From positions 1 through 17,815 of the forward strand of contig MHLM01000011.1 in the NCBI GenBank assembly GCA_001821395.1: 17,815 nucleotides of DNA, read 5' to 3'. The position numbers and the translations under genes were made by a program. This stretch comes from Candidatus Lloydbacteria bacterium RIFCSPHIGHO2_02_FULL_50_18 (GTDB lineage: Bacteria > Patescibacteriota > Minisyncoccia > Phycocordibacterales > UBA6899). Under the pieces are notes generated by a model. It saw only the letters and a list, made by a program, of their open reading frames with translations. It did no database searches and was not told the DNA's origin. Positions 8,853 through 16,857 of the stretch are shown in pieces; the stretch's first letter is position 1, and every line of letters starts with the position of its first letter.

Positions 8853-8984
8853 GGATTTTCCCCTCTTGAAAGGCACACAGTCGGCCCCTCCTGCGGGGGC
8901 CGCTGCCACTCTCGGCCAATTGCCCCATAAGAATGGGGGCCAAGCCAATTGTCCTGCGAGAGTCCTTTCAAGAGGAGAAAATCC
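8853..8984. repeat. Highly structured 132-bp element with 21-bp terminal inverted repeats (one mismatch), sitting between two convergent genes
   Basis: GGATTTTCCCCTCTTGAAAGG (8853-8873) is the reverse complement of CCTTTCAAGAGGAGAAAATCC (8964-8984) apart from one mismatch. Inside are hairpin CGGCCCC / GGGGCCG (8882-8902), outer stem CTCTCG / CGAGAG (8910-8915 with 8957-8962), hairpin GCCCC / GGGGC (8922-8940) and a direct repeat CCAATTG (8917-8923 and 8945-8951). Confidence 0.6.
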
Positions 8985-9048
8985 TCGCTCACGAGGAGTT
9001 GGAGTTTTGGGTGTCATTCAGAATGAAGTCAGAACTTGGGATAGCTAT

Positions 9049-10257
9049 CTACGAGGGCTTCTGATACAGAGCGAATGTTTCTTTTGCCATGTGTGCAATG
9101 CTGAAACGATCACGGATCCGCTCCTTGAGTGTGCGGCCGAGCTCGGCGCACCGCTCTTTGTTGTCGATAAGATAAGTGATCGCTCTTGCCACCTCGCTCC
9201 CGTTTCGCGATTGAATGAGAATTCCGCTCTCCATGTCGTCGATGATCTCGGGAATTCCGCCGACAGCGGTAGCGATGACGGGAAGCCCTGCGTTGCCCGC
9301 TTCGAGGATGACATAAGGAAATGCCTCGGTGATCGACGGGAGAAGAAAAATATCGAACGCCGAGAGGAGCGTGGCGGCATTTTCTTTACGTCCTGCGATA
9401 AAGACCGAGTCGCCCAGTTCATATTTTTTCACGGACGCTTCAATGGCCGTACGTTCGGAGCCTTCTTCTCCGATCATGACGAATATCAACCGATCGTTTG
9501 GACGTTGTTTTTTGAGTAGCGCCATTCCCTCGACGGCATAGATAAGTCCCTTGCTCTTATGCAGTTCAGCAATAGTACCGATGATCGCCAGTGGTGGGGG
9601 GGTAAGGAATTGTTCTTTGTGTTCCCTAAAGATCATGTTGCACGCCTCTTCTTTTGGGAGTGTCGCGATCGGATCCCTTCCATTGTGAATCACGTGGAGT
9701 TTGTGCCAAACGAACGGAAGTATGCCCACTTGATCGCGCGTGCGTTTTGATACAGCGATCGTTACGTGTGCAAGCTCTATTGTGAGCCAATGGAATATAC
9801 CGATCACGAAGCGCTCGAGGTCGCTGCGCTCCTCGTTCCATGCCCAGCCGTGACCCGTGAAAACAATGCGCATGGTCTTTTGTTTGCTGGCGAATGGTCG
9901 CGTGAGATGCCACCAGCCATTCACGAGGCGTGCGGCGAGCGCACCAAGCCCGCCCATTTTTGAACTATTGAGATGAACGATATCGGGCTTCTCTCGGTGA
10001 AATAATGTGATCAGAAAAAAGAAGCTCTGGAGGTCAGACAGTATTTTCACATCCCGTCCCAACGTATCGATGGGAATCGTTCGGATGGATTGCTGCTCCA
10101 GGTATGTTTTTAGCATACCGTTTCCACCGAACACGACCACTACCTCGTGCCCCGCTTTGGTTGCCTCGGTCGCAAGATCAAAGACGTAGCGTTGCGCCCC
10201 GCCAAAGTTCGATTTCGTGATGAGGTATAAAATTTTCAGTTTGGGAGAATTTTCCAT
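9049..10257 (-). CDS. Glycosyltransferase family 1 (GT4-type)
   Basis: N-terminal KILYLITKSNFGGAQRY. C-terminal GT1 motif EAFPYVILEAGNAGLPVIATAVGGIPEII. The ATG at 10257 is preferred over the TTG at 10266 used by the ORF track. Confidence 0.85.
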   Translation of the reverse strand: MENSPKLKILYLITKSNFGGAQRYVFDLATEATKAGHEVVVVFGGNGMLKTYLEQQSIRTIPIDTLGRDVKILSDLQSFFFLITLFHREKPDIVHLNSSKMGGLGALAARLVNGWWHLTRPFASKQKTMRIVFTGHGWAWNEERSDLERFVIGIFHWLTIELAHVTIAVSKRTRDQVGILPFVWHKLHVIHNGRDPIATLPKEEACNMIFREHKEQFLTPPPLAIIGTIAELHKSKGLIYAVEGMALLKKQRPNDRLIFVMIGEEGSERTAIEASVKKYELGDSVFIAGRKENAATLLSAFDIFLLPSITEAFPYVILEAGNAGLPVIATAVGGIPEIIDDMESGILIQSRNGSEVARAITYLIDNKERCAELGRTLKERIRDRFSIAHMAKETFALYQKPS

Positions 10258-10266
10258 GATGGGCAA

Positions 10267-10445
10267 AGAATTATGCGGGGCGTGGGGAAGGGGTCGGGAA
10301 ACAGGGACGTTTTCCGTTGAGGAAAACAGCGACCATCGGGAGTGTTAGAAACCTACGGTTTCTAAAATATTTCGTCTGACGAAATATTGCCCCGCCAAAG
10401 TTTGATTTAGTGATGAGATAGAGTATGTTGAGCGATTCTTTGTCC
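10267..10445 (-). pseudogene. Decayed partial duplicate of the GT1 gene 5' end (58-codon remnant ORF)
   Basis: 10389-10417 is 27/29 identical to 10196-10224. The minus-strand translation MDKESLNILYLITKSNFGGAIF... parallels the GT N-terminus MENSPKLKILYLITKSNFGGAQRY. Similarity ends at the dyad sites. Confidence 0.45.
10345..10388. promoter_or_regulatory. Two adjacent perfect dyad-symmetric sites in the divergent intergenic region (candidate operator sites)
   Basis: TTAGAAACC-TAC-GGTTTCTAA (9-3-9, 10345-10365) is immediately followed by AATATTTCGTC-T-GACGAAATATT (11-1-11, 10366-10388). Confidence 0.45.
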
Positions 10446-10525
10446 ATATTCGTACGCCAAATATAACATAAAATAGCATGCCGAGGTTGCTTCCTTTTCA
10501 GGGTGCTTTTTGTTATCGTTTCTAA

Positions 10526-11866
10526 ATGAGACTTCTGCCATCTTTTCAGATCGTGACCATTTTTGCGGGGGATATCGTGATGCTGTTCTTCTCCCTTTTT
10601 GTGACGCTTGCGTTTCGCTATTTTGAACTACCAAGCACAGAGCTTTTTGTTCTTCACGCGCTGCCGTTCTCGTATCTCTTTGTCGTATGGCTGACGGTAT
10701 TCTATATCGCCAGTCTCTACGAGCCGCATACGGTGATTTTTAAATCGAAGATCCCTGCGACCATTCTCAACGTCCAGGCGGTGAATAGTATCATTGCGGT
10801 ACTTTTCTTTTACTTTATTCCTGCTTTTGGCATCACACCGAAGACGATACTTTTTCTGTACCTCATCATCTCATTCGTCTTCGTCTCCGCGTGGCGTATT
10901 TGGGGCGTGCAATTTCTTGGCCTGCGCAAAAAAGAACATGCGGTGCTCATCGGTTCAGGAGAAGAGACCCGCAAGCTGTACCGAGTCGTGAACGACAACC
11001 CGTTGTATCCGATGCGGTTCATTACGTGGCTTGATCTCGAAAAGCTCCCCGGTATCGATTTCGAACAGGAGGTATTGTCACGCATCTATGAAGAGGGGAT
11101 CAGTCTGATCGTGATCGACATGAAAAATGAAAAAGTACTCCCCATCCTCCCGAAGCTATACAATCTGATATTCTCACACGTCCGATTCGTTGAGCAATAT
11201 CGTATTTACGAGGATATCTTTGATCGCATACCGCTCTCGCTCATCAGCTACAATTGGTTCCTCGAGAATGTTTCATCGCATGCGCATTTCGGCTATGATC
11301 TCCTGAAACGGATCATGGATATTGCGCTCGCGGTCGTGCTTCTTGTCCCAACACTCGTGATCATTCCGTTTGTCATGCTCGCGATCAAGCTCGATGACGG
11401 CGGTCCGTTCTTTTACTCCCCGCTCCGTATCGGAGAGGGGAATCGCCCGTTCCGCATCTTCAAGTTCCGCACCATGAGCGTTATGGATGACGGGAAAGCA
11501 TTGAGCGCAAATGCGAACAAGATCACACGCGTCGGGGGTTTCCTCCGTACGTCACGGATAGACGAGCTTCCCCAGCTCTGGAATGTGCTTGCGGGTGATC
11601 TTTCGCTGATCGGTCCGCGGCCTGAATTCCCTGGCCTCGTCGACGTCTATCACAAGCAGATACCGTATTACAATATGCGTCACCTCATCAAGCCGGGGCT
11701 TTCAGGGTGGGCGCAGGTGCATCATGACAAGCCGCCGCAGACGATCGATGAAACAACAGAAAAGCTTGCATACGATCTCTACTATCTTAAAAATCGTTCG
11801 CTTGCGCTTGACGTTAAGATCGCACTGAAGACGATCAAAACGCTCATTTCCCGAACGGGTCTCTGA
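10526..11866 (+). CDS. Polyprenyl-phosphate sugar phosphotransferase (bacterial sugar transferase, WbaP/EpsL-like initiating glycosyltransferase)
   Basis: N-terminal transmembrane helices. The C-terminal catalytic domain has DIALAVVLL...KLDDGGPFFY...FKFRTM...ELPQLWNVLAGDLSLIGPRPE. Confidence 0.85.
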   Translation: MRLLPSFQIVTIFAGDIVMLFFSLFVTLAFRYFELPSTELFVLHALPFSYLFVVWLTVFYIASLYEPHTVIFKSKIPATILNVQAVNSIIAVLFFYFIPAFGITPKTILFLYLIISFVFVSAWRIWGVQFLGLRKKEHAVLIGSGEETRKLYRVVNDNPLYPMRFITWLDLEKLPGIDFEQEVLSRIYEEGISLIVIDMKNEKVLPILPKLYNLIFSHVRFVEQYRIYEDIFDRIPLSLISYNWFLENVSSHAHFGYDLLKRIMDIALAVVLLVPTLVIIPFVMLAIKLDDGGPFFYSPLRIGEGNRPFRIFKFRTMSVMDDGKALSANANKITRVGGFLRTSRIDELPQLWNVLAGDLSLIGPRPEFPGLVDVYHKQIPYYNMRHLIKPGLSGWAQVHHDKPPQTIDETTEKLAYDLYYLKNRSLALDVKIALKTIKTLISRTGL

Positions 11867-11883
11867 TAACACTTATTGCGCTT

Positions 11884-11931
11884 AGGGGCCGTTCACTAAT
11901 AACATGATAGTTATTCGTGATTACGGCCCCT
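11884..11931 (+). terminator. Extended imperfect hairpin downstream of the sugar-transferase gene (putative terminator, no clear U-run)
   Basis: AGGGGCCGT (11884-11892) pairs with ACGGCCCCT (11923-11931). The loop has internal partial pairing (ACTAATAAC / GTTATTCGT). Confidence 0.35.
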
Positions 11932-11995
11932 TGTGCCACGGCCATATCTATCCACTTATTAATGGATGAGGCCTTAGGGTATATACTTACTAACA

Positions 11996-12802
11996 ATGCG
12001 TATCTTTCCGGATCTCAGCGTCAGATCGATCGGGTTGATGGTTGTTCGCGTAGTGCTCATTGCCTACGTGGTCTATGGTGCGCTGCTCATCCTGCGCCAG
12101 GATGCACTCTTGTATTTTCCTGACCAAATACCATTCGAGGATTGTACCTGGTTTGCTGATGCTTCCCACGTCGATGAGGCGGGGACGCGCGGTTACTTCT
12201 TTAAGAACGGCACATCGACGAAGCTTGTAGTGCTCTATCATGGCAACGCCGGGCGCGCGTGTGATCGGGGCTACTACCGGACCGCACTCGAGCATGCAGG
12301 GTATTCGTGGCTGTTCGTCGAATATGGCGGGTATGCGGGTGACGGAAAGAAGACGAATACCGCTTCCGTGCTTCGTGATGCGGAGCATGTCGTGTCATGG
12401 ATACGAAGGCAGGAATTTACTTCTGTTGCAGTCATCGGAGAAAGTGTTGGCTCAGGTCCGGCTTCATACCATGCCTCACTTGCCGAGGTCGATAAACTTA
12501 TTCTCATCACTCCATTTGTTGACATGACCTCCGTTGCGCGATCATATTTTCCGATATATCCGATCGCGCTCATGCTTCGTGATGATTTTGACAATGGTGC
12601 ATGGGCGGCGCATGCGAAGCGCGTACTCGTGATTCATGGCACCGCTGACACAATCATCCCGTTCTCTTTCGGCAAGGCATTGTTCGACATCTTGCCACAA
12701 GAACAGAAAGAGCTGCTCGTGTTGCCGGGTACAGACCACAATGATGCGCCGGCACTTTTTCAGACACAAAGCACTATTATGAAATTTTTACAGGAAGAAT
12801 GA
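11996..12802 (+). CDS. Alpha/beta-fold hydrolase with an N-terminal membrane anchor
   Basis: N-terminal hydrophobic helix. Nucleophile elbow GESVG (GxSxG). VVLYHGNAG and the C-terminal VLVIHGTADTIIPF, with the His candidate at PGTDHND. Confidence 0.7.
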   Translation: MRIFPDLSVRSIGLMVVRVVLIAYVVYGALLILRQDALLYFPDQIPFEDCTWFADASHVDEAGTRGYFFKNGTSTKLVVLYHGNAGRACDRGYYRTALEHAGYSWLFVEYGGYAGDGKKTNTASVLRDAEHVVSWIRRQEFTSVAVIGESVGSGPASYHASLAEVDKLILITPFVDMTSVARSYFPIYPIALMLRDDFDNGAWAAHAKRVLVIHGTADTIIPFSFGKALFDILPQEQKELLVLPGTDHNDAPALFQTQSTIMKFLQEE

Positions 12803-12856
12803 CCATCTTGACCTTCACGATGATATGATGGCACTTTTTCATATTTCAGGTAGAGT

Positions 12857-13528
12857 ATGCTTATGCGTATCAATAAATACCTTGCAGATGTTACGGGCAT
12901 GTCCCGTCGTGCAGCGGACCGAGAGATCGAGGACGGGAAAGTGCGGCTGAACGGAAAACGGGCAGTTCTTGGCGACCAGGTCGCGAAGGGCGATAAGGTC
13001 ACATTGAGAGGAAAGGAAATAGCAGAGAAGGTCGAGAAGGAGCTTACGACCATCATGTTAAATAAGCCTGTTGGATACATCACCTCGCGTAAGCAGGATG
13101 AGACGAAGGCGCCGACCGTCATGGAACTTCTGCCGGAAGAATTGCAACATCTGAAGCCGATCGGTCGTCTTGATAAAGAAAGCTCCGGGCTGCTTCTTCT
13201 TACCGATGACGGTGATCTCTTGTACAAGAGCACTCATCCAAAATTTGAGATCGAAAAAGAGTACGTTGTTGAATTTGAAGAGCGCATGACCCCGCTCGTC
13301 ATCGGACAGTGGAAAAAGGGAATGAAATTACCGGACGGTATCGCGCGTGCGGATAGTATGGTTCACATGGAGGGGACGACGTATCGCATCGTGCTGCATC
13401 AGGGGAAGACGCGTCAGATTCGTCGCATGGCGGGGAAGACAGGGAATGCCGTCGTTTCTCTCCTGCGTGTCCGCTCAGGAAAAAACGAACTCGGCAATCT
13501 CAAGGTCGGGATGTGGAAAAAAGTTTAA
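12857..13528 (+). CDS. rRNA pseudouridine synthase, RsuA/RluB family (S4 domain plus catalytic domain); the start may be the second ATG at 12863
   Basis: The S4-like N-terminus MRINKYLAD...GKVRLNGK is followed by the RsuA-family motif KPIGRLDKESSGLLLLTDDGDL containing the catalytic Asp. Confidence 0.8.
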   Translation: MLMRINKYLADVTGMSRRAADREIEDGKVRLNGKRAVLGDQVAKGDKVTLRGKEIAEKVEKELTTIMLNKPVGYITSRKQDETKAPTVMELLPEELQHLKPIGRLDKESSGLLLLTDDGDLLYKSTHPKFEIEKEYVVEFEERMTPLVIGQWKKGMKLPDGIARADSMVHMEGTTYRIVLHQGKTRQIRRMAGKTGNAVVSLLRVRSGKNELGNLKVGMWKKV

Positions 13529-13567
13529 CGTACACGCAGGACGTTCATGTGAAACGGAGTTTTTTTG

Positions 13568-13589
13568 AAAAAGGTGTCAGGTACCTTTT
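13568..13589 (+). repeat. REP-like hairpin element, copy 1; also positioned as a terminator for the upstream gene
   Basis: AAAAAGGT / GTCAGGT / ACCTTTT. It is the exact reverse complement of 14282-14303. Confidence 0.65.
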
Positions 13590-13619
13590 ATTGTATATTT
13601 TTTTTGTTATACTTTATTT

Positions 13620-14294
13620 ATGCCCCGCGCCCCACGTGTTGATGTTGGTAATGAAGTGTATCACGTGATCAATCGTGCCAATAATCGTGCACAGATTTTT
13701 AATAATGAAAAAGAGTATCAACACTTCGAGAGACTATTGAAAGAAGCAAAAGTCCACGTGCCCATGCGAATTCTTGCATATGTGCTCATGCCAAATCATT
13801 GGCACCTAGTTCTTCATCCGGAGAATGATGGAGATTTAGCGTTATTTATGCAGTGGCTTACTTTGACGCATGCGCAGCAATATCGTGCAAAAACAAAAAC
13901 GATCGGTCATGGTCATCTCTATCAGGGAAGATACAAATCTTTTCTTGTGGAAAAAGATAACTACCTTATCCAATTGCTGCGTTATGTTGAGCGGAATCCT
14001 CATCGCGCCAAGCTCGTGAAGCGGGCAGAAGACTGGAGGTGGGGAAGTGCGTGGCGCAGATATCATGGAACAAGCAAAGAGCAGCAGCTTCTCCATGTTC
14101 CACCAATTGACCTCCCGCGAGGATACCGTGCGTGGCTTAATGAAAAAGAAGAAGTAGAACAATTGGTCACAATTCGCAATTCAGTAAATAGGGGGCGACC
14201 ACTTGGGACTGAAGGTTGGACTGGAAAGAAAATAACACAGTTTGGATTGGCGTTGACGATGCGCTCTCGCGGGAGACCAAAAAAAGGTACCTGA
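13620..14294 (+). CDS. HUH-Y1 tyrosine transposase of the IS200/IS605 TnpA / REP-associated tyrosine transposase (RAYT) type, with a roughly 70-aa C-terminal extension
   Basis: The HUH motif is MPNHWHLVL. The catalytic Tyr sits in HLYQGRYKSF. Other family blocks are YHVINRANNR and RYVERNPHRAKLV. The gene is flanked by inverted 22-nt hairpin repeats. Confidence 0.8.
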   Translation: MPRAPRVDVGNEVYHVINRANNRAQIFNNEKEYQHFERLLKEAKVHVPMRILAYVLMPNHWHLVLHPENDGDLALFMQWLTLTHAQQYRAKTKTIGHGHLYQGRYKSFLVEKDNYLIQLLRYVERNPHRAKLVKRAEDWRWGSAWRRYHGTSKEQQLLHVPPIDLPRGYRAWLNEKEEVEQLVTIRNSVNRGRPLGTEGWTGKKITQFGLALTMRSRGRPKKGT

Positions 14295-14303
14295 CACCTT
14301 TTT
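14282..14303 (+). repeat. REP-like hairpin element, copy 2 (inverted); it overlaps the transposase stop codon and serves as its terminator
   Basis: AAAAGGT / ACCTGAC / ACCTTTTT is the exact reverse complement of 13568-13589. A T-run follows. Confidence 0.65.
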
Positions 14304-14365
14304 TGTGTTTGTCTTTTATGGGCAAAATGGTAGTTTTGACGTAGTCGTGTACCAAGGAGAGTTAA

Positions 14366-14731
14366 ATGAGTGTCCCAATTTTGTGCTCCCACTGCGGAGA
14401 CGTCACCGGCGAGCTTGATGGAGATGTGTTGTTTGCATCGGGAGGAAATGTCGGAGCATATAACAGCGACTGCCCCGGAAAAGGCAAGCACTCAGTGCGG
14501 GAGAGTAAGTGCTGCTTCTTTGGTCTTTTGAATAAGGTGACCGTGAAGTATCATTCCGCAGGGAGTTCAACGTGGTATGAGTATGTCGGACCCCAATCTC
14601 GATTTTTGTTGTGGCTTGCGATTATGCGCACGGGTGGTGTTGTTGTGAACAACTGGTGGGTGTGGTGGGATTTGAAAACTGGTTTTTTTGGCGAGGGCCT
14701 CAAGGAATTGCTCAAAAAGAAAACTGCATGA
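14366..14731 (+). CDS. Hypothetical small Cys-rich protein (121 aa) with a Trp-rich C-terminus
   Basis: A strong Shine-Dalgarno AAGGAG lies 7 nt upstream. Sequence features include CSHCGD...DCPGKGKH...KCCFF and NNWWVWWDLKTGFFG. A canonical terminator follows. Confidence 0.6.
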   Translation: MSVPILCSHCGDVTGELDGDVLFASGGNVGAYNSDCPGKGKHSVRESKCCFFGLLNKVTVKYHSAGSSTWYEYVGPQSRFLLWLAIMRTGGVVVNNWWVWWDLKTGFFGEGLKELLKKKTA

Positions 14732-14735
14732 TATT

Positions 14736-14768
14736 GCCGCACCCTCTGGGGTGCGGCGTTTCTTTTTT
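14736..14768 (+). terminator. Rho-independent terminator
   Basis: GCCGCACCC / TCTG / GGGTGCGGC, followed by GTTTCTTTTTTG. Confidence 0.75.
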
Positions 14769-14796
14769 GTCGGTACTCACGGTACAATGATGCACT

Positions 14797-15987
14797 ATGA
14801 AAGACAAATTAATTCAAAAACTCATTATCAAAGAAGAAAAGCGCGAACAGTCGGTCATCAACCTTATCGCTTCCGAGAATTTTGTTTCAGACGATGTACG
14901 GCAGGCGCTTGGTTCAGTATTCACCAATAAATATGCCGAAGGGTATCCGGGTCGCCGCTACTACGGCGGCAACAGTGTCGTTGATGAGCTCGAACTACTG
15001 ACTCAAGAGCGCGCACTCAAACTTTTTAAACTTTCATCGTCAAAGTGGCACGTGAATGTGCAGGCGCTTTCCGGGTCACCGGCGAATATGGCTGTCTATT
15101 TGGCACTATTGCCTCTCGACGGTTCGGGGAAGATCATGGGCATGCAGCTCGCGCATGGCGGACATCTGACGCATGGACACTCAGTTTCCGCGTCAGGAAA
15201 ATTTTGGAAACAAATTTCGTATGGCGTGTCAGAAAAAACAGAGCGCATTGATTTTGATGAGTTGATGAAGATCGCGAAGAAAGAAAAGCCGCACATCATT
15301 GTTGCGGGATTCACGGCCTATCCGCGCAAGATCGAATGGAAAAAATTTCGCGCCGTAGCCGATGCGGTCGGAGCGTATCTCATGGTCGACATGTCACACA
15401 TCGCGGGGCTTGTCGCCGGAGGTGCACATGCATCGCCATTCCCGTATGCCGACATCGTGACGACGACGACGCACAAAACATTGCGTGGCCCTCGTGGGGC
15501 GATGATCTTCGTGAAAAAAGACCTGCCTGCGCAGGCAGGTGTGCGTGACCTACCGAGCAAAATTGATAAGGCGGTCTTTCCGGGACTGCAGGGCGGCCCG
15601 CATGAGAATGCGATCGCCGGTATCGCCGTTGCGCTTCACGAAGCAGCGCAGCCGGCATTCAAAAAATACGCCGAACAGGTAGTAAAGAATGCGAGCGCAC
15701 TTGCGGGAGAACTCGCGCTGCTCGGTTGGCGCATTGTTTCCGGTGGCACCGACAATCATCTGATGCTCGTCGATACATGGGCGAATGGCATTTCGGGCAA
15801 AGAGGCGAGTGATCGTCTCGAGATTGCGGGGATCATCGTGAACATGAATACCATACCGAATGATACGCGTAAGCCGATGGATCCTTCAGGTATTCGCATC
15901 GGAACGGCGGCTGAAACGACGCGTGGTGCAAAGGAGCGCGATATGGTTGAGCTGGCATACGTGATAGACGCGGTGCTACGCGGATAA
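14797..15987 (+). CDS. glyA: Serine hydroxymethyltransferase
   Basis: Conserved blocks LIASENFVS, YAEGYPGRRYYGG and HGGHLTHG, plus the PLP-Lys region TTTTHKTLRGPRGAMIF. Confidence 0.9.
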   Translation: MKDKLIQKLIIKEEKREQSVINLIASENFVSDDVRQALGSVFTNKYAEGYPGRRYYGGNSVVDELELLTQERALKLFKLSSSKWHVNVQALSGSPANMAVYLALLPLDGSGKIMGMQLAHGGHLTHGHSVSASGKFWKQISYGVSEKTERIDFDELMKIAKKEKPHIIVAGFTAYPRKIEWKKFRAVADAVGAYLMVDMSHIAGLVAGGAHASPFPYADIVTTTTHKTLRGPRGAMIFVKKDLPAQAGVRDLPSKIDKAVFPGLQGGPHENAIAGIAVALHEAAQPAFKKYAEQVVKNASALAGELALLGWRIVSGGTDNHLMLVDTWANGISGKEASDRLEIAGIIVNMNTIPNDTRKPMDPSGIRIGTAAETTRGAKERDMVELAYVIDAVLRG

Positions 15988-16011
15988 ACCCACTGTGTTA
16001 TCATTGCAGCA

Positions 16012-16851
16012 ATGATCATCGACGGAAAACAGATCGCGAATGAATTACGTGCCGTGCTTCAGAAAAGTGTTGCCGCCCTCCCGCGCCCTCCGGTCCTCGG
16101 GATCGTCATTGTCGGTGATGATCCGGTGATCGAGAGTTTTGTGCGTATCAAAAAAAAGTATGGAGAATCGCTCGGAGTTTCCATTCGTGAATTTCGTTTC
16201 GACAGCAACATCTCAGGGGAGATGCTCAAAAATGAAGTAGCGATGCTTTCTCTCCGCGATGATATCAACGGCGTCGTCGTCCAGCTCCCGCTCCCCGTCT
16301 CGATCGATGCGCAATCGATACTCGATGCGGTACCGATCGCAAAAGATGTCGATGTGCTTTCTCATGCCGCAATGGTCGCCTTTGCGCGCGGTAAGGCAAA
16401 AATATTTCCGCCCGTCGCGAGCGCTATCCAAGAGATCCTTGAACGACATCAGGTGAGTGTCGAGGGGAAAGAGGTGCTCGTACTCGGACACGGAAGATTG
16501 GTGGGGAAACCCGTCACCATACTCCTGCAACACAATCATGCGCATGTGACCGTCATCGACAAACCCGTTGCCGATCTTGCCCTGCATGTGCGCGAATCAG
16601 AGATCGTTATCAGCGGGGTTGGAATACCTGCCCTCATTACCCCCTCAATGCTTTCGCCGAATGTCGTGCTTATTGATGCGGGGACGAGTGAGCAAGGGGG
16701 GCATATCGTTGGCGATGCCGACCCGAAATGCGTTGATCATGCAAGGTTTTTTACTCCTGTACCCGGGGGAGTGGGGCCCATCGCGGTGGCGATGCTTTTT
16801 AAGAATCTCGTACTGCTTGCACGTAGAAAGGACGAGCGACCGCATGCATAG
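16012..16851 (+). CDS. folD: Bifunctional 5,10-methylene-tetrahydrofolate dehydrogenase / cyclohydrolase
   Basis: N-terminus IIDGKQIA. Further blocks are LGIVIVGDDP..S..Y...K, VVQLPLP and GHGRLVGKPV. It sits next to glyA, as is typical. Confidence 0.9.
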   Translation: MIIDGKQIANELRAVLQKSVAALPRPPVLGIVIVGDDPVIESFVRIKKKYGESLGVSIREFRFDSNISGEMLKNEVAMLSLRDDINGVVVQLPLPVSIDAQSILDAVPIAKDVDVLSHAAMVAFARGKAKIFPPVASAIQEILERHQVSVEGKEVLVLGHGRLVGKPVTILLQHNHAHVTVIDKPVADLALHVRESEIVISGVGIPALITPSMLSPNVVLIDAGTSEQGGHIVGDADPKCVDHARFFTPVPGGVGPIAVAMLFKNLVLLARRKDERPHA

Positions 16852-16857
16852 TGTAGT

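Noticed and set aside
8866-9519. 217-aa plus-strand ORF spanning the structured intergenic element and running antisense through the GT1 gene
   Set aside because: It lies entirely antisense to a well-supported glycosyltransferase and over a GC-rich hairpin region. It has a low-complexity N-terminus (PPAGAAATLG), so it is treated as a spurious ORF.
12803-12856. Sigma-70-like promoter, TTGACC ... TATGAT, upstream of the pseudouridine synthase gene
   Set aside because: The spacing between the candidate -35 and -10 hexamers is about 11 bp, far from the 16-18 bp optimum. It is not reported as a feature.
12760-13233. 157-aa minus-strand ORF overlapping the hydrolase 3' end and the rsuA 5' end
   Set aside because: It is antisense to two well-supported genes and has a low-complexity Ser/Arg-rich translation.
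15045-16019. Several Arg/Cys-rich ORFs on both strands within glyA
   Set aside because: These are typical GC-rich frame artefacts inside a highly conserved glyA frame.
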